The position numbers and the translations under genes were made by a program. A stretch of DNA of 63,136 nucleotides, filler included, from Octopus bimaculoides (Eukaryota): NCBI RefSeq assembly GCF_001194135.2. It is 5 parts of 5 records of this genome, joined end to end, with 100 filler letters (N's around TTAATTAATTAA, not from the genome) between each part and the next. Parts side by side here need not be neighbours in the genome. Positions count along the whole stretch, not along the records: positions 1 to 13,139 come from NC_068981.1; positions 13,240 to 26,438 come from NC_069006.1; 3 more parts are not named here. One strand, written 5' to 3'. The notes under the pieces were generated by a model that saw only the letters and a list, made by a program, of their open reading frames with translations, was not told the DNA's origin and made no database searches. Shown here one piece after another: positions 11,529 to 24,420 of this stretch. The stretch's first letter is position 1. Each line of letters starts with the position of its first letter.

Positions 11529-11586
11529 GGATGAGCTTCTTCGCCGGCCGATTCTCCTCACCGTCACCCGCTACCCAGTCGTCTAA
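11529..11586 (+). CDS. Candidate terminal coding exon of an unidentified host gene (DELLRRPILLTVTRYPVV*)
   Basis: Branch-like CTAAC, then TCTATCTTAATTGCAG acceptor (AG 11527-11528); GC-rich 18-codon frame ending TAA 11584-11586, followed by unique UTR-like DNA. No homolog recognised. Confidence 0.3.
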
Positions 11587-11866
11587 CCTCCATCGATGCT
11601 ATGAAACTTAGATACCGCACTACCCACATATTACATTGCTATATTACAACCCATCTGCCCGGGTTCGTAGAATCATGAAAGTGCATATACCGTTCATTAT
11701 TGAATGTTTCTAAACGTTGTGGCTCATGTATTTACCTGATGGAAACCGCTTGTTCTAAGGATGTAATGTTTCTATTAATCAATTAAAAATTCGTTGGAAA
11801 CAGCTGTAGTGAATTGACACATTAGACATCTGTTATTTACTCATACATACATACATGCATACATAT

Positions 11867-11951
<85 letters not shown>

Positions 11952-12140
11952 NNNNNNNNNNNNNNNNNNNNNNNNNNNNNNNNNNNNNNNNNNNNNNNNN
12001 NNNNNNNNNNNNNNNNNNNNNNNNNNNNNNNNNNNNNNNNNNNNNNNNNNNNNNNNNNNNNNNNNNNNNNNNNNNNNNNNNNNNNNNNNNNNNNNNNNNN
12101 NNNNNNNNNNNNNNNNNNNNNNNNNNNNNNNNNNNNNNNN

Positions 12141-12597
12141 GATATATAGGGCAGGGAATCGTCAATTAGTAATAAAATTAATAATTAACAATTTTGCCGA
12201 GTAGCTCAGTATGAAAAAACCTTTATCGGTAAAACCATTTATAATCATAAATATACAGGGATTAGCAGGAGCCTGCTTCTCCAACATACTGAGAATTCAG
12301 AAATAGCAGTCAAATAACTACTGATTCCAAACTACAAATTTTTTCTCCAACGGATGGCGATATTTATGGCGCACACAGAACAAAAGACAGAAGAGAAGAG
12401 TAAAAGCAAACCTGCCTTTAGTTAATTGGGTACGACGTTTCACGGTTAAGGGTATGAAGTAACCCTATTCCGATCTTCAGCCTCAATATTTGAATAAATT
12501 TGCAAGTGTCTAATAACTCACGTGAATTTTGACCATGCGACATCAAGACCACGTGAGGCAGACACTAAGAAATTTATCGGCTAGTGTACGTAGGCTG

Positions 12598-12600
<3 letters not shown>
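12141..12600 (-). mobile_element. Probable Penelope-like terminal fragment in (TA)n
   Basis: Hammerhead-like core at 12434-12480; (TA)n or gap on both sides. Confidence 0.55.
12425..12487 (-). ncRNA. Hammerhead-ribozyme-like motif with loopless palindromic helix III
   Basis: Minus strand: CTGAAGA-T-CGG-aata-GGGT-tacttcat-ACCC-ttaa-CCG-T-GAAAC-GTC. Confidence 0.55.
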
Positions 12601-12634
<34 letters not shown>

Positions 12635-12636
<2 letters not shown>

Positions 12637-13139
12637 AGCTGGCGTGTGTCGAAGTAAAGCCTGACGATGCTCACTTTCCCTTCTCTTTTCACTTCACAGT
12701 GTCCCTGTCATTTTTTCTCGCCCCTCCTTATTTCTTCTGTCCCTCTGCCTCTACCTCTCTCTCTTCTCTCTTCACGCCACGGTGTTCGACCAAACCTGAC
12801 CTTTCTTTCTTGGTTCAGCCGCAGTCCTGTCAACATCTATATTCCTCCCTATGCCTGTCAAATCTTATGTCCCTGCCGTAAGGCTTTACTTCCACACACG
12901 CCAGCTTAATTTAATTCGTCCTTAGTTGAAAGACACTTGTTGTTATGTCCTGTTAATTGTATTTGTGAAACATTCTCCGTTTTATTCCGTCCTTGTTTTC
13001 TTATACATTCGCTGCTTTCTTCCAAGGAATCTAATGCTCTTAGCTTAGTTTTTCCATGGGTCTGGCCAGATTGGCGCAATTTCGAGTATAACAAGCCGAA
13101 ATTGCAAAGATAATCTGGAACTCGATTGAGGAAAGAAAA
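12635..13139. repeat. Interspersed repeat with a 32-bp inverted duplication (12635-12666 / 12877-12908)
   Basis: TAAGCTGGCGTGTGTCGAAGTAAAGCCTGACG vs reverse complement of 12877-12908: 30/32 identical; abuts (TA)n. Confidence 0.8.
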
Positions 13140-13239
13140 NNNNNNNNNNNNNNNNNNNNNNNNNNNNNNNNNNNNNNNNNNNNTTAATTAATTAANNNNN
13201 NNNNNNNNNNNNNNNNNNNNNNNNNNNNNNNNNNNNNNN
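13140..13239. other. Artificial scaffold-joining spacer 1 (44 N + TTAATTAATTAA + 44 N)
   Basis: Exactly 100 nt; the 12-mer at 13184-13195 carries stops in all six frames; identical structure recurs four times. Confidence 0.95.
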
Positions 13240-13292
<53 letters not shown>

Positions 13293-13648
13293 ATAAAAAT
13301 GTTTGCGTGTGTATGTCTGTGCGTGTGTGTGTATACATATATGTATATAAGCATTATGTATATATGTATAATGATAGGAAAACATGAAGAAGTCGTATTG
13401 CGCAGTAGCAGACTAAAGAGGTATGTGTGTGCGTGAGAGTAAGGGGAGAGAGAGAGTAAGGGACATAAAGAGACAAAGAGAAAGAGAGAGAGAAAAAGAT
13501 AGAGAAATGGAGGAAGAAAACATGCGCAGATAGAGGAGATTATGAGAAAGAGAAAGAGAGACAAAAATTCCAAATTGCGTTTTATTGCGACGGGTGTTTA
13601 TGAATGTATATCGTTGGGTAGAGTTTGATGTATGTCTTTTGTTTATAT

Positions 13649-13702
<54 letters not shown>

Positions 13703-14629
13703 TACAAGTGTCCTGATGGCGGATCTGTTGTCTTTTATTTTACTGGCTTCAGTCATTGGAGTTCGGCCATGCTGAGGCACCGTCGTGGCGGTTTTATTTC
13801 ATTTGCTTTAATTGGAACATATCGACTCCCAGCTCATGTCTGCAACTTACTTTTTATTGGCATTTTTTTTTTACGAACCACTACGTTAGGAAAATGTAAA
13901 CAAGCCAACACCGGTTGTTAAGTGGAGAAATACACGCAGACACAAACACACACTGACGCAGATACACACACACGCACATACTCACACACATGCACACATA
14001 TCTGACAGGTAACGTCAACTGAATTTCCTCACAGAGCACAGGTCGGCCCAGATCTATAGCCAGTGTTGCCATACAGAGGGTCTAAAGCCAGAACTACGCG
14101 GGCTTCTTGACCTCATAGCCATGTTTCTACCAGTATATTCAATGTGTTTGTATCTTTAGCCTATATAAGGCGGTGCAAATGTTGTATGGAAAATGCCAGC
14201 TTTGTGATAGAACTATATATTTGTTCATAAGTTATCTGTTAGTCTATTCTGAAGTCGACCTGTATCTACATGTTGTTGACACCACTTATATCCTGTTTAC
14301 CTCAGGTTGTCGTGCCATCTAATTTATAAATCATTAGGACCGTAAGTTTGATGAAAATGCTTTGGAGTCAATGAAAACGAATGGAGCTTGGTTAATATTC
14401 AACATGTTTATCTCAGTATCAAATTAATGTCCTATAAACATTATAAAATATATCCACTGTAATTACAAGATCAATTGATAAACCATTGTTAAACTCCAAT
14501 ACATTATTAAAGTGCACTAAATATTTGATAAGCAAACATATATTCACAATCGACTAAAATTATCATTGAAAGCACGATATATAGAATAAAGGCACGAAAG
14601 CATAGATTTGATATATATGGCTGTGTATA

Positions 14630-15045
14630 TAAATAAAAGGGCGAAATGCTTAGCGGTATTTCATCTGGCTTTACGTTCTGAGTTCAAATTCCATCGAGGT
14701 CGACTTTACCTTTCATCCTCTCGGGGGTCGAAAAATTCAGTACCAGTTACGCACTGGGGTCGATGTAATCGACTGGCCCCCTCATCAAAAATTTCGGGCT
14801 TTGTGGCTAGAGTAGGAAAGAATATTTAAGGTGTTGAGCTGGCAGAATCGTTACCACACCGGGCGAAATGCTTAGCGGGATTTAGTCGGGCTTAACGTTC
14901 TGAGTTCAAATTCCGTAGAGATCGACTTTGCCCTTCATCCTTTCCAGGTCGATAAATTAAGTACCAGTTGCGTACTAGGGTCGATCTAATTGGCTGGCCC
15001 TCTCCCCCAAAATTTCGGCATTTGTGCCTAGATTAGAAAGGATGT
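14630..15045 (+). mobile_element. Two tandem SINE family B copies
   Basis: Both contain CTTAGCGG..TTT...GTTCTGAGTTCAAATTCC...CGACTTT..CCTTTCATCCT...AGTACCAGTT and end GTAGG/TAGAAAG. Confidence 0.85.
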
Positions 15046-15149
15046 GAGTACATACTTAACTTACATTTAAATACTTACAAGTCAACCTACAAGTCAACTT
15101 AAATTCTATCGTTCAGTTATATTCTTTTCCTTGTTCCATTAATTTCATT

Positions 15150-15431
15150 GCAGCGATGCTGGAACACCAACGTTTTTCTTAGTCGAGCAAATCGACCTCA
15201 GGACTTATTATTTGTAAGCTGAGTACTTATTGTATGGGTTCGTCTGTCGAACCGCTAAGTTGCGGGACGTAATCATAACAGCATCGGTTGTCAAGCGATG
15301 TTGCGAGGACAAACACAGACACACAAACACACACATACAAACACACAAACATGTAGAGATAAATAAGTAGGTAGATAGATAGATAAATAGATAGAGGGAG
15401 AGATACATACATATGTGTGTATGTATGCATG

Positions 15432-15467
<36 letters not shown>

Positions 15468-15650
15468 ACCCATGCATACCAGCCACCCCTCTTCAGGCCA
15501 CAGATGTTATCCAAGGGAAAAACAAAAGCTGGGACAACTGGAGCAACGTGAAATAAAGTGTCTTGCTCAAGAACACAACATACAGCCCGGTCCGTGAATC
15601 GAGCTCACTACTTCTAGATTGTGATCTCGACGCTCTAACCAGAGCCATAC
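15150..15650 (-). mobile_element. SINE A tail (15150-15345) and a different tRNA-SINE head (15480-15650)
   Basis: Tail matches family A; head on minus reads TCTGGTTAGAGCG...GAGCTCGATTCACGG...TTCTTGAGCAAGACACTTTATTTCACGTTGCTCCAG. Confidence 0.7.
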
Positions 15651-15806
15651 ATACATACATACATACATACATACATACATACATGCATACATACATACAT
15701 ACATACTTACATACATACATACGTATGTATATATGTATATATGTATATATATATATAGATATGTAAATAGATAGATTGATATACATACATTCATGTATAT
15801 GTACAT

Positions 15807-15865
<59 letters not shown>

Positions 15866-16977
15866 TATNNNNNNNNNNNNNNNNNNNNNNNNNNNNNNNN
15901 NNNNNNNNNNNNNNNNNNNNNNNNNNNNNNNNNNNNNNNNNNNNNNNNNNNNNNNNNNNNNNNNNNNNNNNNNNNNNNNNNNNNNNNNNNNNNNNNNNNN
16001 NNNNNNNNNNNNNNNNNNNNNNNNNNNNNNNNNNNNNNNNNNNNNNNNNNNNNNNNNNNNNNNNNNNNNNNNNNNNNNNNNNNNNNNNNNNNNNNNNNNN
16101 NNNNNNNNNNNNNNNNNNNNNNNNNNNNNNNNNNNNNNNNNNNNNNNNNNNNNNNNNNNNNNNNNNNNNNNNNNNNNNNNNNNNNNNNNNNNNNNNNNNN
16201 NNNNNNNNNNNNNNNNNNNNNNNNNNNNNNNNNNNNNNNNNNNNNNNNNNNNNNNNNNNNNNNNNNNNNNNNNNNNNNNNNNNNNNNNNNNNNNNNNNNN
16301 NNNNNNNNNNNNNNNNNNNNNNNNNNNNNNNNNNNNNNNNNNNNNNNNNNNNNNNNNNNNNNNNNNNNNNNNNNNNNNNNNNNNNNNNNNNNNNNNNNNN
16401 NNNNNNNNNNNNNNNNNNNNNNNNNNNNNNNNNNNNNNNNNNNNNNNNNNNNNNNNNNNNNNNNNNNNNNNNNNNNNNNNNNNNNNNNNNNNNNNNNNNN
16501 NNNNNNNNNNNNNNNNNNNNNNNNNNNNNNNNNNNNNNNNNNNNNNNNNNNNNNNNNNNNNNNNNNNNNNNNNNNNNNNNNNNNNNNNNNNNNNNNNNNN
16601 NNNNNNNNNNNNNNNNNNNNNNNNNNNNNNNNNNNNNNNNNNNNNNNNNNNNNNNNNNNNNNNNNNNNNNNNNNNNNNNNNNNNNNNNNNNCCAGTATTT
16701 TGAAACTAAGGCAACACCTCGGGGAAATACATGTAGTTTAAATTTAGTGAATTATAAATATAATTGCTTCGTTAATAAAGTTGTAATACTTTTGCAGACA
16801 CAATTTGAGAAGTGTGTTTTCGGAACTAGTGTTTACATCTAATGATATACATATATGTGGCTGTTTATTTGTGTGTATATGATTGTACACGTGTAGATAT
16901 ATATGTACATGTATATATGCATAAATATTCATAGTTAAAACTTACTTGCAAAAAGGACGCGTGCGTTCGATCATATA

Positions 16978-17183
16978 ATAATACAAATAATATGTGAGTA
17001 TATGCATATATACCTACATGTATGTACATGCCTACATGTACATGTATATATAAATGCATATCAGGGTACAGGACATCACAAAAGAACGTGGACAAAATGA
17101 AAAACGTGACCCAGATATGCATGTAGATGTAGGTATGTACATACATGTACGTATATATGCATATACTCACATATTATTTGTAT

Positions 17184-17186
<3 letters not shown>
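16978..17186. repeat. Inverted repeat, 77/89-bp arms around a 43-nt spacer
   Basis: 16978-17066 vs reverse complement of 17110-17186: 4 substitutions plus a 12-nt insertion; right arm abuts (TA)n. Confidence 0.9.
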
Positions 17187-17216
<30 letters not shown>

Positions 17217-17551
17217 CGATATGTTCATGCATATATATACATAAATACGAATGTATATTTTAATTCCTCCACTCCACACATCTCTATAGAATCTTATGGT
17301 TGTGTATACTTACATACTTTTCAACATGAAGCGACACACATCCTTCTCATATTGATACAAACTAAATTTTATATATATATATATATATATATATGGTTTT
17401 CGTGTGAATGGTTTTTTTATAGTAATGGTAACACAGTTCGGTTAACAAAGCGATATGGGTTCGACTCCCACGTGGATAGGAAAACTTTCTTTTTTTCTGT
17501 CGTGGGTTTATATGTCCCTTTATTGAGCTATTTTCCTTAGTCATTGTGCGG

Positions 17552-17583
<32 letters not shown>

Positions 17584-18504
17584 ATATGTCTGTGTGAAAA
17601 TATATATACACACACACATATATCGAATGTGAACTAGACCTATGCACATCTGAATGTCGGTTTTCATGTAATATGTAAAAATAACTTGACATTAAACTGA
17701 AGAACTCAATGATTTTGAGTAGCGCATATACTTATTATAGCTTTGCAAGAGGAGGAGTGACTGACTTCGACCTCAATTAAGAGATTGCCGCGCAGTGTCG
17801 TCTGCTTAGTGTCTGTGACCGATAAAGAGATAATTACTCCGAAATGTTAACATCTTACAGTTTAGTTAGGTGGTGCTGCGAGCTGATCTTGGTGTATACG
17901 CACCGTTTGTCTACAAGCCAGATATATTCTCCATGACAAAACACAATGGGTAGCTTGTTCTGCAGTTCGAACGCGCATCAAACATATTCGGACTGGTAAT
18001 AGCATTGCAATTTCACTTACCACTGCTTACCACTCACCTAATGCACTCTTATCTGTTTCACTCGGAGGATTGTGGCCATGCTGCAGCACCAGCAAACCGA
18101 CTCCTTTTTTGTGTTTGATGTCTGGTACTTATTGTATGGATAATTCTTGCGAAACATCAGCTTCACGGACTTCCAAAAATGAACACCCCTTGGGGTTGGA
18201 GGCATGCAGAAACAAATCGACCACCTCATTCACCCAGTATACACACATATACGCATATAAATACATACACTCACAAACATACATACATACATACATACAA
18301 ACATACATACATACATACATACATACATACATACATACAAACATATTTATATATGATAGACAGCGGAACTGAACTCCAAAGCCGAATACTTTTGAAAAGA
18401 AATTCTTGAATATAGAACCATATACACACACGCACACACTCACTCTCTCACACACACACACACACACACACGCGCGCGAATACACACAAATACACACCAT
18501 CGGT

Positions 18505-18738
18505 AAGGCGGCGAGCTGGCAGTATCGCTAGCACGCCGGGCGAAATACCTAGCGGTATTTCGTCTGCCGTTAAGTTCTGAGTTCAAATTCTGCCGAGGTC
18601 GACTTTGCTTTTCATCCTTTCGGGGTAGACAAATTAAGTACCAGTTACGCACTTGGGTCGATGTAATCGATTTAATCCCTTTGTCTGTCCTCGTTTGTAC
18701 CCTTGATGTTTAGCCCCTTGGGGGCAATAAAGAAATAA
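18505..18738 (+). mobile_element. SINE family B, full length, well preserved
   Basis: AAGGCGGCGAGCTGGCAG...GTTCTGAGTTCAAATTCTGCCGAGGTCGAC...CAATAAAGAAATAA; used as reference for the other copies. Confidence 0.88.
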
Positions 18739-19791
18739 CAATTACACAAGCACAAATGCACACACACATACACACACATACGCACACACTCACTCAGACA
18801 CACACACACACACACACATGAATACACACAAATACACACACACAAATGCACATACACATATAAATATGGAAAAATTGATGTAATCAACGTTGAGAACACA
18901 AAAGACACCCGTGTTTTATGAACGAATTCTCTTGCGACATTATTTTTATTTGTTCTGCAACGAGTTACACAGAAAACCTGTTGACATCCAACTCAAATTC
19001 AAAACTTCCAATAAACTCATGGTCCAGTCCTTGCCATGTTGAGAACGTGAATCCGTAATCAACGACGCTATTGTTAACTTAAACCGCTCTAAAATATGCA
19101 AATGTGTATTTGTTTGTTTTTTGCTTTTTAAAAAATATTTCCATTCAAAACTGTTTAGTCTTTTAGTGTTGTTTCGCAAGCATCATTCAAAATAATTTTG
19201 TTTATAATTTTGGTTTTCTGTTAAGGTTTATTTTATCTTTTACCAGAATAACTTGTTACTATAATCAAGGCCCAATTTACATATTCCTTTTCAAGTGCTG
19301 GTTCTGTTTACCATATTGGTCTAATTGTTCTAGATATGGGGAATAAATTAAAGAAGGAAAAACAATTCTAGCGTGCAAAGGAACAAATAAAGGGGAGAGG
19401 GCAAGTGAATGGAAACGGAGGAAATTATTCAGAGCAAACAACATCCAGTATTTAACATCCAACATAATTTGCTAAAAAAAAAAAATAAAATTCATTACCG
19501 CTTGATACTAGGATTGGAAAAAAAATACACAACATATTAACAAAACGCACAGTGCATAAGTTCATTAAATAACTACATAACTTAAACACTCTAATAGAAA
19601 AAATAATAATTTACACAATTGCTTGATAACAGCACGAATATGGACTGTATCTCGATAGCAATACATACACAGAATAATTGATAAAAAATAACATATACAA
19701 AACAGTTTAATACGGACTTGATATACAATAAGTACAAAACAAAAACTCAAAAAACAACTGATAGTAAAAAGTACATATGTTCGCAGGAAAA

Positions 19792-19833
<42 letters not shown>

Positions 19834-19984
19834 CAAAATGATGAAGTAAAACTACGTATAAAATGGCGGCGAGAAATACAACAAGATAAAAAAATATTAA
19901 TCGCTGGCAAACAAAATGGCCGCTGGATAATCCTGAGTGAGATTCAGTTAAGTGTATTTGATAAAAAGATAAATAATAGCTATC

Positions 19985-19989
19985 CATTA

Positions 19990-20047
<58 letters not shown>

Positions 20048-21400
20048 GTTGTGGTTGTTGTTGTTATTTGTTGTTGTTGTTGTTGTTTTTGCTGTTGTTG
20101 TTGTTGTGGATGTTGTTTGTATGTTCAATAATGAATTATGAATTGATATAATAATTCGATGGCTTTCATTGAAAACACATCATCGTCGCACATAAATAAT
20201 GGATAATTAATTTTTGCAGAAGAACGAATGCAAAGCAAAAAAAAAAAGAAAAAGAGAAAGAAAAAGGTAAAAGATAGAAATATAAACAATGTGCGGAACA
20301 TGAAAACAAAGAAAAAAAAAGACAAACAAACATAAACACATAAACAAAAACAAGAAAAACTCTGAAAAAACAACTGTTAACAAAGCGCAACATACACGAG
20401 AAGAACAGTGCATGGATGTCGTCATCATAATCACCATCATCGTCATCACCATCGTCATCACGATCGTCATCGGCTTCATCATCTTCGTCATCGTCACCGT
20501 CATCATCATCGTCATCGATTTCATCATTGTCATCGTCATCATCATCATTATCGTCGTCGTCATCATTATCACAGTCATCATCGTCGTCGTCATCATCATC
20601 ATCATCATCTTCATCGTCGTCGTCGTCGTCGTCATCATCATCATCATCAATNNNNNNNNNNNNNNNNNNNNNNNNNNNNNNNNNNNNNNNNNNNNNNNNN
20701 NGTCATCATCATCATCATCATCTTCATCGTCGTCGTCGTCGTCGTCATCATCATCATCATCAATATCATCATCATCGTCGTCGTCATCGTCATCATCATC
20801 ATCCACATCATCATCATCCTCGCCGTGATCATTATCATCGTAATTGTCACCGTCATCATTATCGCCGTCACCACCACCATCTTCACGAGCTCCCCCTAGC
20901 GCAATTAACATCATCACCGCCGTCATCAACATCACTATAATCAACTTCTATCAACGTCATGATTATGATGATGTTCATCATCATATTCCTCATCACCACA
21001 ACCACTACCTTCACTGGCATCATTACCACTAATAGTAACACTACCACCACCACCACCACCACGATCATTATTGTCGTCATCATCATCATCATCGCCGTCA
21101 TCACCATCATCATTGTCATCGTCATTAGCATACTCGCCAGCAGCAACCTCAATAATATTAGCCACGATAACAGCCTATAACAAATACACAATACGAATTA
21201 CGGGAGCGACAGAAGACAATTAACATTGTACAGAGATGATAACAAACAAGAACAACAACAACAACAACAAAAGCAGCACTGACAAGAAGAAGAAGAACAA
21301 CAACAACAAAAGCAGCACTGACAAGAACAACAGTAAAAACGAAAACAACAGCTGCGGCAACAACGACAATAAAGATAAAAACGGCAGCGGAAATATAGCA
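19985..21400. repeat. Large compound trinucleotide region (ATT, GTT, CAT/CGT, CAC, AAC)
   Basis: Direct inspection; includes an N gap at 20652-20701. Confidence 0.92.
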
Positions 21401-21895
21401 ACATTAACTAGAAAACAAAACAAATTATACTAAACAATAAACAATGGAGAATGACAATTAACATAGTAAACAGAGACTGAAACAATAACAGCAATATAAA
21501 GCGAAAATTCATATGCATATACATACATAAACACACACACACATATATATATGTATGTATGTTTCTATGTATGTATATGTTTATATATGTATATGTTTTT
21601 ATAGGATGATGGTATAAACAAAAGGGAAAAAACAAAACAAAGTGAAATTAATAGGAATGATTAAAAAAATTAATATGGATAAGAAGCGCAATCCACCTCT
21701 CTGTCACTCCGCTCTTTTTTGTTCTCAGTTTGTGTATTTGAAAGGGTATATTTGTGTATGTGTGTGTGTGTGTATTTTTTCCAAATACAGCCTGGTTTCC
21801 TTTCTCGCAGGTTCCATCCTTGTAACTCTCATTCTTCTCAACTCTAGCTCTCTTTCCTTTGTTGAATATATATAAATAATTATATATATAGATAA

Positions 21896-21946
<51 letters not shown>

Positions 21947-22355
21947 CATATATATATACATGTATATNNNNNNNNNNNNNNNNNNNNNNNNNNNNNNNNN
22001 NNNNNNNNNNNNNNNNNNNNNNNNNNNNNNNNNNNNNNNNNNNNNNNNNNNNNNNNNNNNNNNNNNNNNNNNNNNNNNNNNNNNNNNNNNNNNNNNNNNN
22101 NNNNNNNNNNNNNNNNNNNNNNNNNNNNNNNNNNNNNNNNNNNNNNNNNNNNNNNNNNNNNNNNNNNNNNNNNNNNNNNNNNNNNNNNNNNNNNNNNNNN
22201 NNNNNNNNNNNNNNNNNNNNNNNNNNNNNNNNNNNNNNNNNNNNNNNNNNNNNNNNNNNNNNNNNNNNNNNNNNNNNNNNNNNNNNNNNNNNNNNNNNNN
22301 NNNNNNNNNNNNNNNNNNNNNNNNNNNNNNNNNNNNNNNNNNNNNNNNNNNNNNA

Positions 22356-22553
22356 CGACGGATTTCTTTCAATTTCTGTCAACCAAATCCACTCCAAATA
22401 CCAAGGCTACAGTAGAAAACACTTGCCCAAGGTACTACGCAGTGGGACTGAACACGGAACCATGTGGTTGGTAAGCAAGCTAGTTACCGGACAGCCACTT
22501 CTGTGCCTACACAGACACTCCAGCACCTACACAGCTACACAGCCACTCCTGCG

Positions 22554-22560
<7 letters not shown>
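22356..22560 (-). mobile_element. SINE A head
   Basis: CACTTGCCCAAGG..CGCAGTGGGACTGAAC.CGGAACCATGTGGTTGGTAAGCAAGCT...CAGCCACTCCTGCGCCTATA. Confidence 0.85.
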
Positions 22561-22589
<29 letters not shown>

Positions 22590-22590
<1 letters not shown>

Positions 22591-22695
22591 GAGAATATAC
22601 AAAAAATAACAACAGACGAGGACAGGTGGTGTAAATAACAAAAGTATATATTAGTATGACGCTCGGGAATACGGAAAGTCTTTGACGTTTCGAAT
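22590..22695 (-). mobile_element. Short dispersed fragment in (TA)n, probably a Penelope-like 3' end; related copies at 29177-29245 and 44968-45085
   Basis: Shared GAGAAT.TACAAAAA...GACG..GAC...GTGTAAA..ACAAA; GACGCTCGGGAA...TGACGTTTC (minus GAAACGTCA, a half hammerhead core) in this copy and 44968-45085. Confidence 0.5.
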
Positions 22696-23014
22696 GCATG
22701 TATGTATATGGGTGTCTGTGTCAATGTGCCTGTGTATTTCCGTAACTGTCCCTTTTCTCTCTATCGTTCGTCTTAAGTTCTTCGTTCTTTCTGCCTGTCT
22801 GTGTGTTGTCTTCACACTCGAAGAGCCAAACGCACGCAGACCGACAGAGATATTAGACAAAGAGACAATGAAACCATAAAACTAAGAAGAATTACGAATT
22901 AGAACGGAGACAGTTTAGAATGGAACTATTTCCATTGCAGTCCAACACAGTTACTCACAGACCAACCAAAAGAACACACAGACCAAACAAAAGAACACAC
23001 AGACCAACCAAAAG

Positions 23015-23054
<40 letters not shown>

Positions 23055-23419
23055 TATAAATACACACACTCACAAACACACTAACACATATACAAAACAC
23101 ACATAAGCACACAAACACACATGAACATAAATACACCCAGACAATCATTCACACACACACATTCCCACACGCACAAATACACAGACACACACACACTGAG
23201 ACACACACACAGACATTGAGGCACACATACACTCACATACACACAGGCACTCGTGCACACGCGCACACACGAATGCACACACACACACACACAACAAGGC
23301 GTGTGGATCAGTGGTTAGAGGTGTTTATGATCGAAAGGTCATGATTTCGATACCCGAATGCACGCAGTGTCTCCGAGCAAAACACTTGCCTTTCTTTGTT
23401 TGCACGTTGCTCCATTTCC

Positions 23420-23489
<70 letters not shown>

Positions 23490-23849
23490 TCAAAATAAGC
23501 AACAAGGATATCCATTTAGTTGAGCAATGCAATCATTACATCAATTTAAATGCAGAGCAATCTTATATATGTATATATAAACACTAAACAATGAAGATGT
23601 TCATTACAAATTAACATGCTTTATAATAATTCAGCAAGGAGTTATGTAATCCAGTCAGTTGATATATCGAAACGCGTGTATATTGTATAATGCATAAATT
23701 ACCGTATATGTTTTAAATTTTATTTTACTACTATTACGGGGCTGGTATTCTGCACAATAGATTATCCCATGCTCTGGTGCCCCACATTGAGGTGCACAGA
23801 CCATATGAGCGAATTATAGTATTCACTACAACGACCGAGGCTTGGATAC

Positions 23850-23885
<36 letters not shown>

Positions 23886-23923
23886 TCACACACACACACA
23901 CATATATATATATACATATATAT

Positions 23924-23982
<59 letters not shown>

Positions 23983-24042
23983 CATATATACATATGTGTG
24001 TGTATATAATGTATATATATATACATATATGTTTGTGTACAT

Positions 24043-24420
24043 ATTCTTTTACTCTTTTACTTGTTTCGGTGATTTGATTATGGCCATGCTGGAGCACCAC
24101 CTTTAGGACTTATTCTTTGTAAGCCTAGTACTTATCCTATCAGTCTCTTTTGCTGAACTGCTAAGTTACGTAAACACACTACCATCGGTTGTCATGCGAT
24201 GTTGGAGGGACAAACACAGACACACACACATACACACATACATATATCTATATATACGATGGGCTTTCAGTTTCCATCTACCAAATCCACCCACATGGCT
24301 TTTGTCGGCTTGAGGCTATAGTAGAAGTCACTTGCCTAAGTTGGCATGCAATGGGAATGAACCTGGAACCATGTGGTTGGGAAGCAAGCTACTCATTACA
24401 CAGCCACTCCTGCGCCTATA
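24043..24420 (-). mobile_element. SINE family A, complete copy
   Basis: Tail, (CA)/(TA) hinge at ~24215-24255, and tRNA-like head ending CAGCCACTCCTGCGCCTATA are contiguous. Confidence 0.88.

Noticed and set aside
15776-16842. ORFs of 296-349 aa (likewise 52703-53862 and 57063-58433)
   Set aside because: Almost entirely X from N gaps.
17410-17478. tRNA-like segment with GGTTCGACTCC B box
   Set aside because: Only the T-arm is recognisable; no cloverleaf can be drawn.
20207-21433. Poly-His/Ile/Ser/Asp/Met ORFs
   Set aside because: Translations of compound trinucleotide repeats, open in most frames on both strands.
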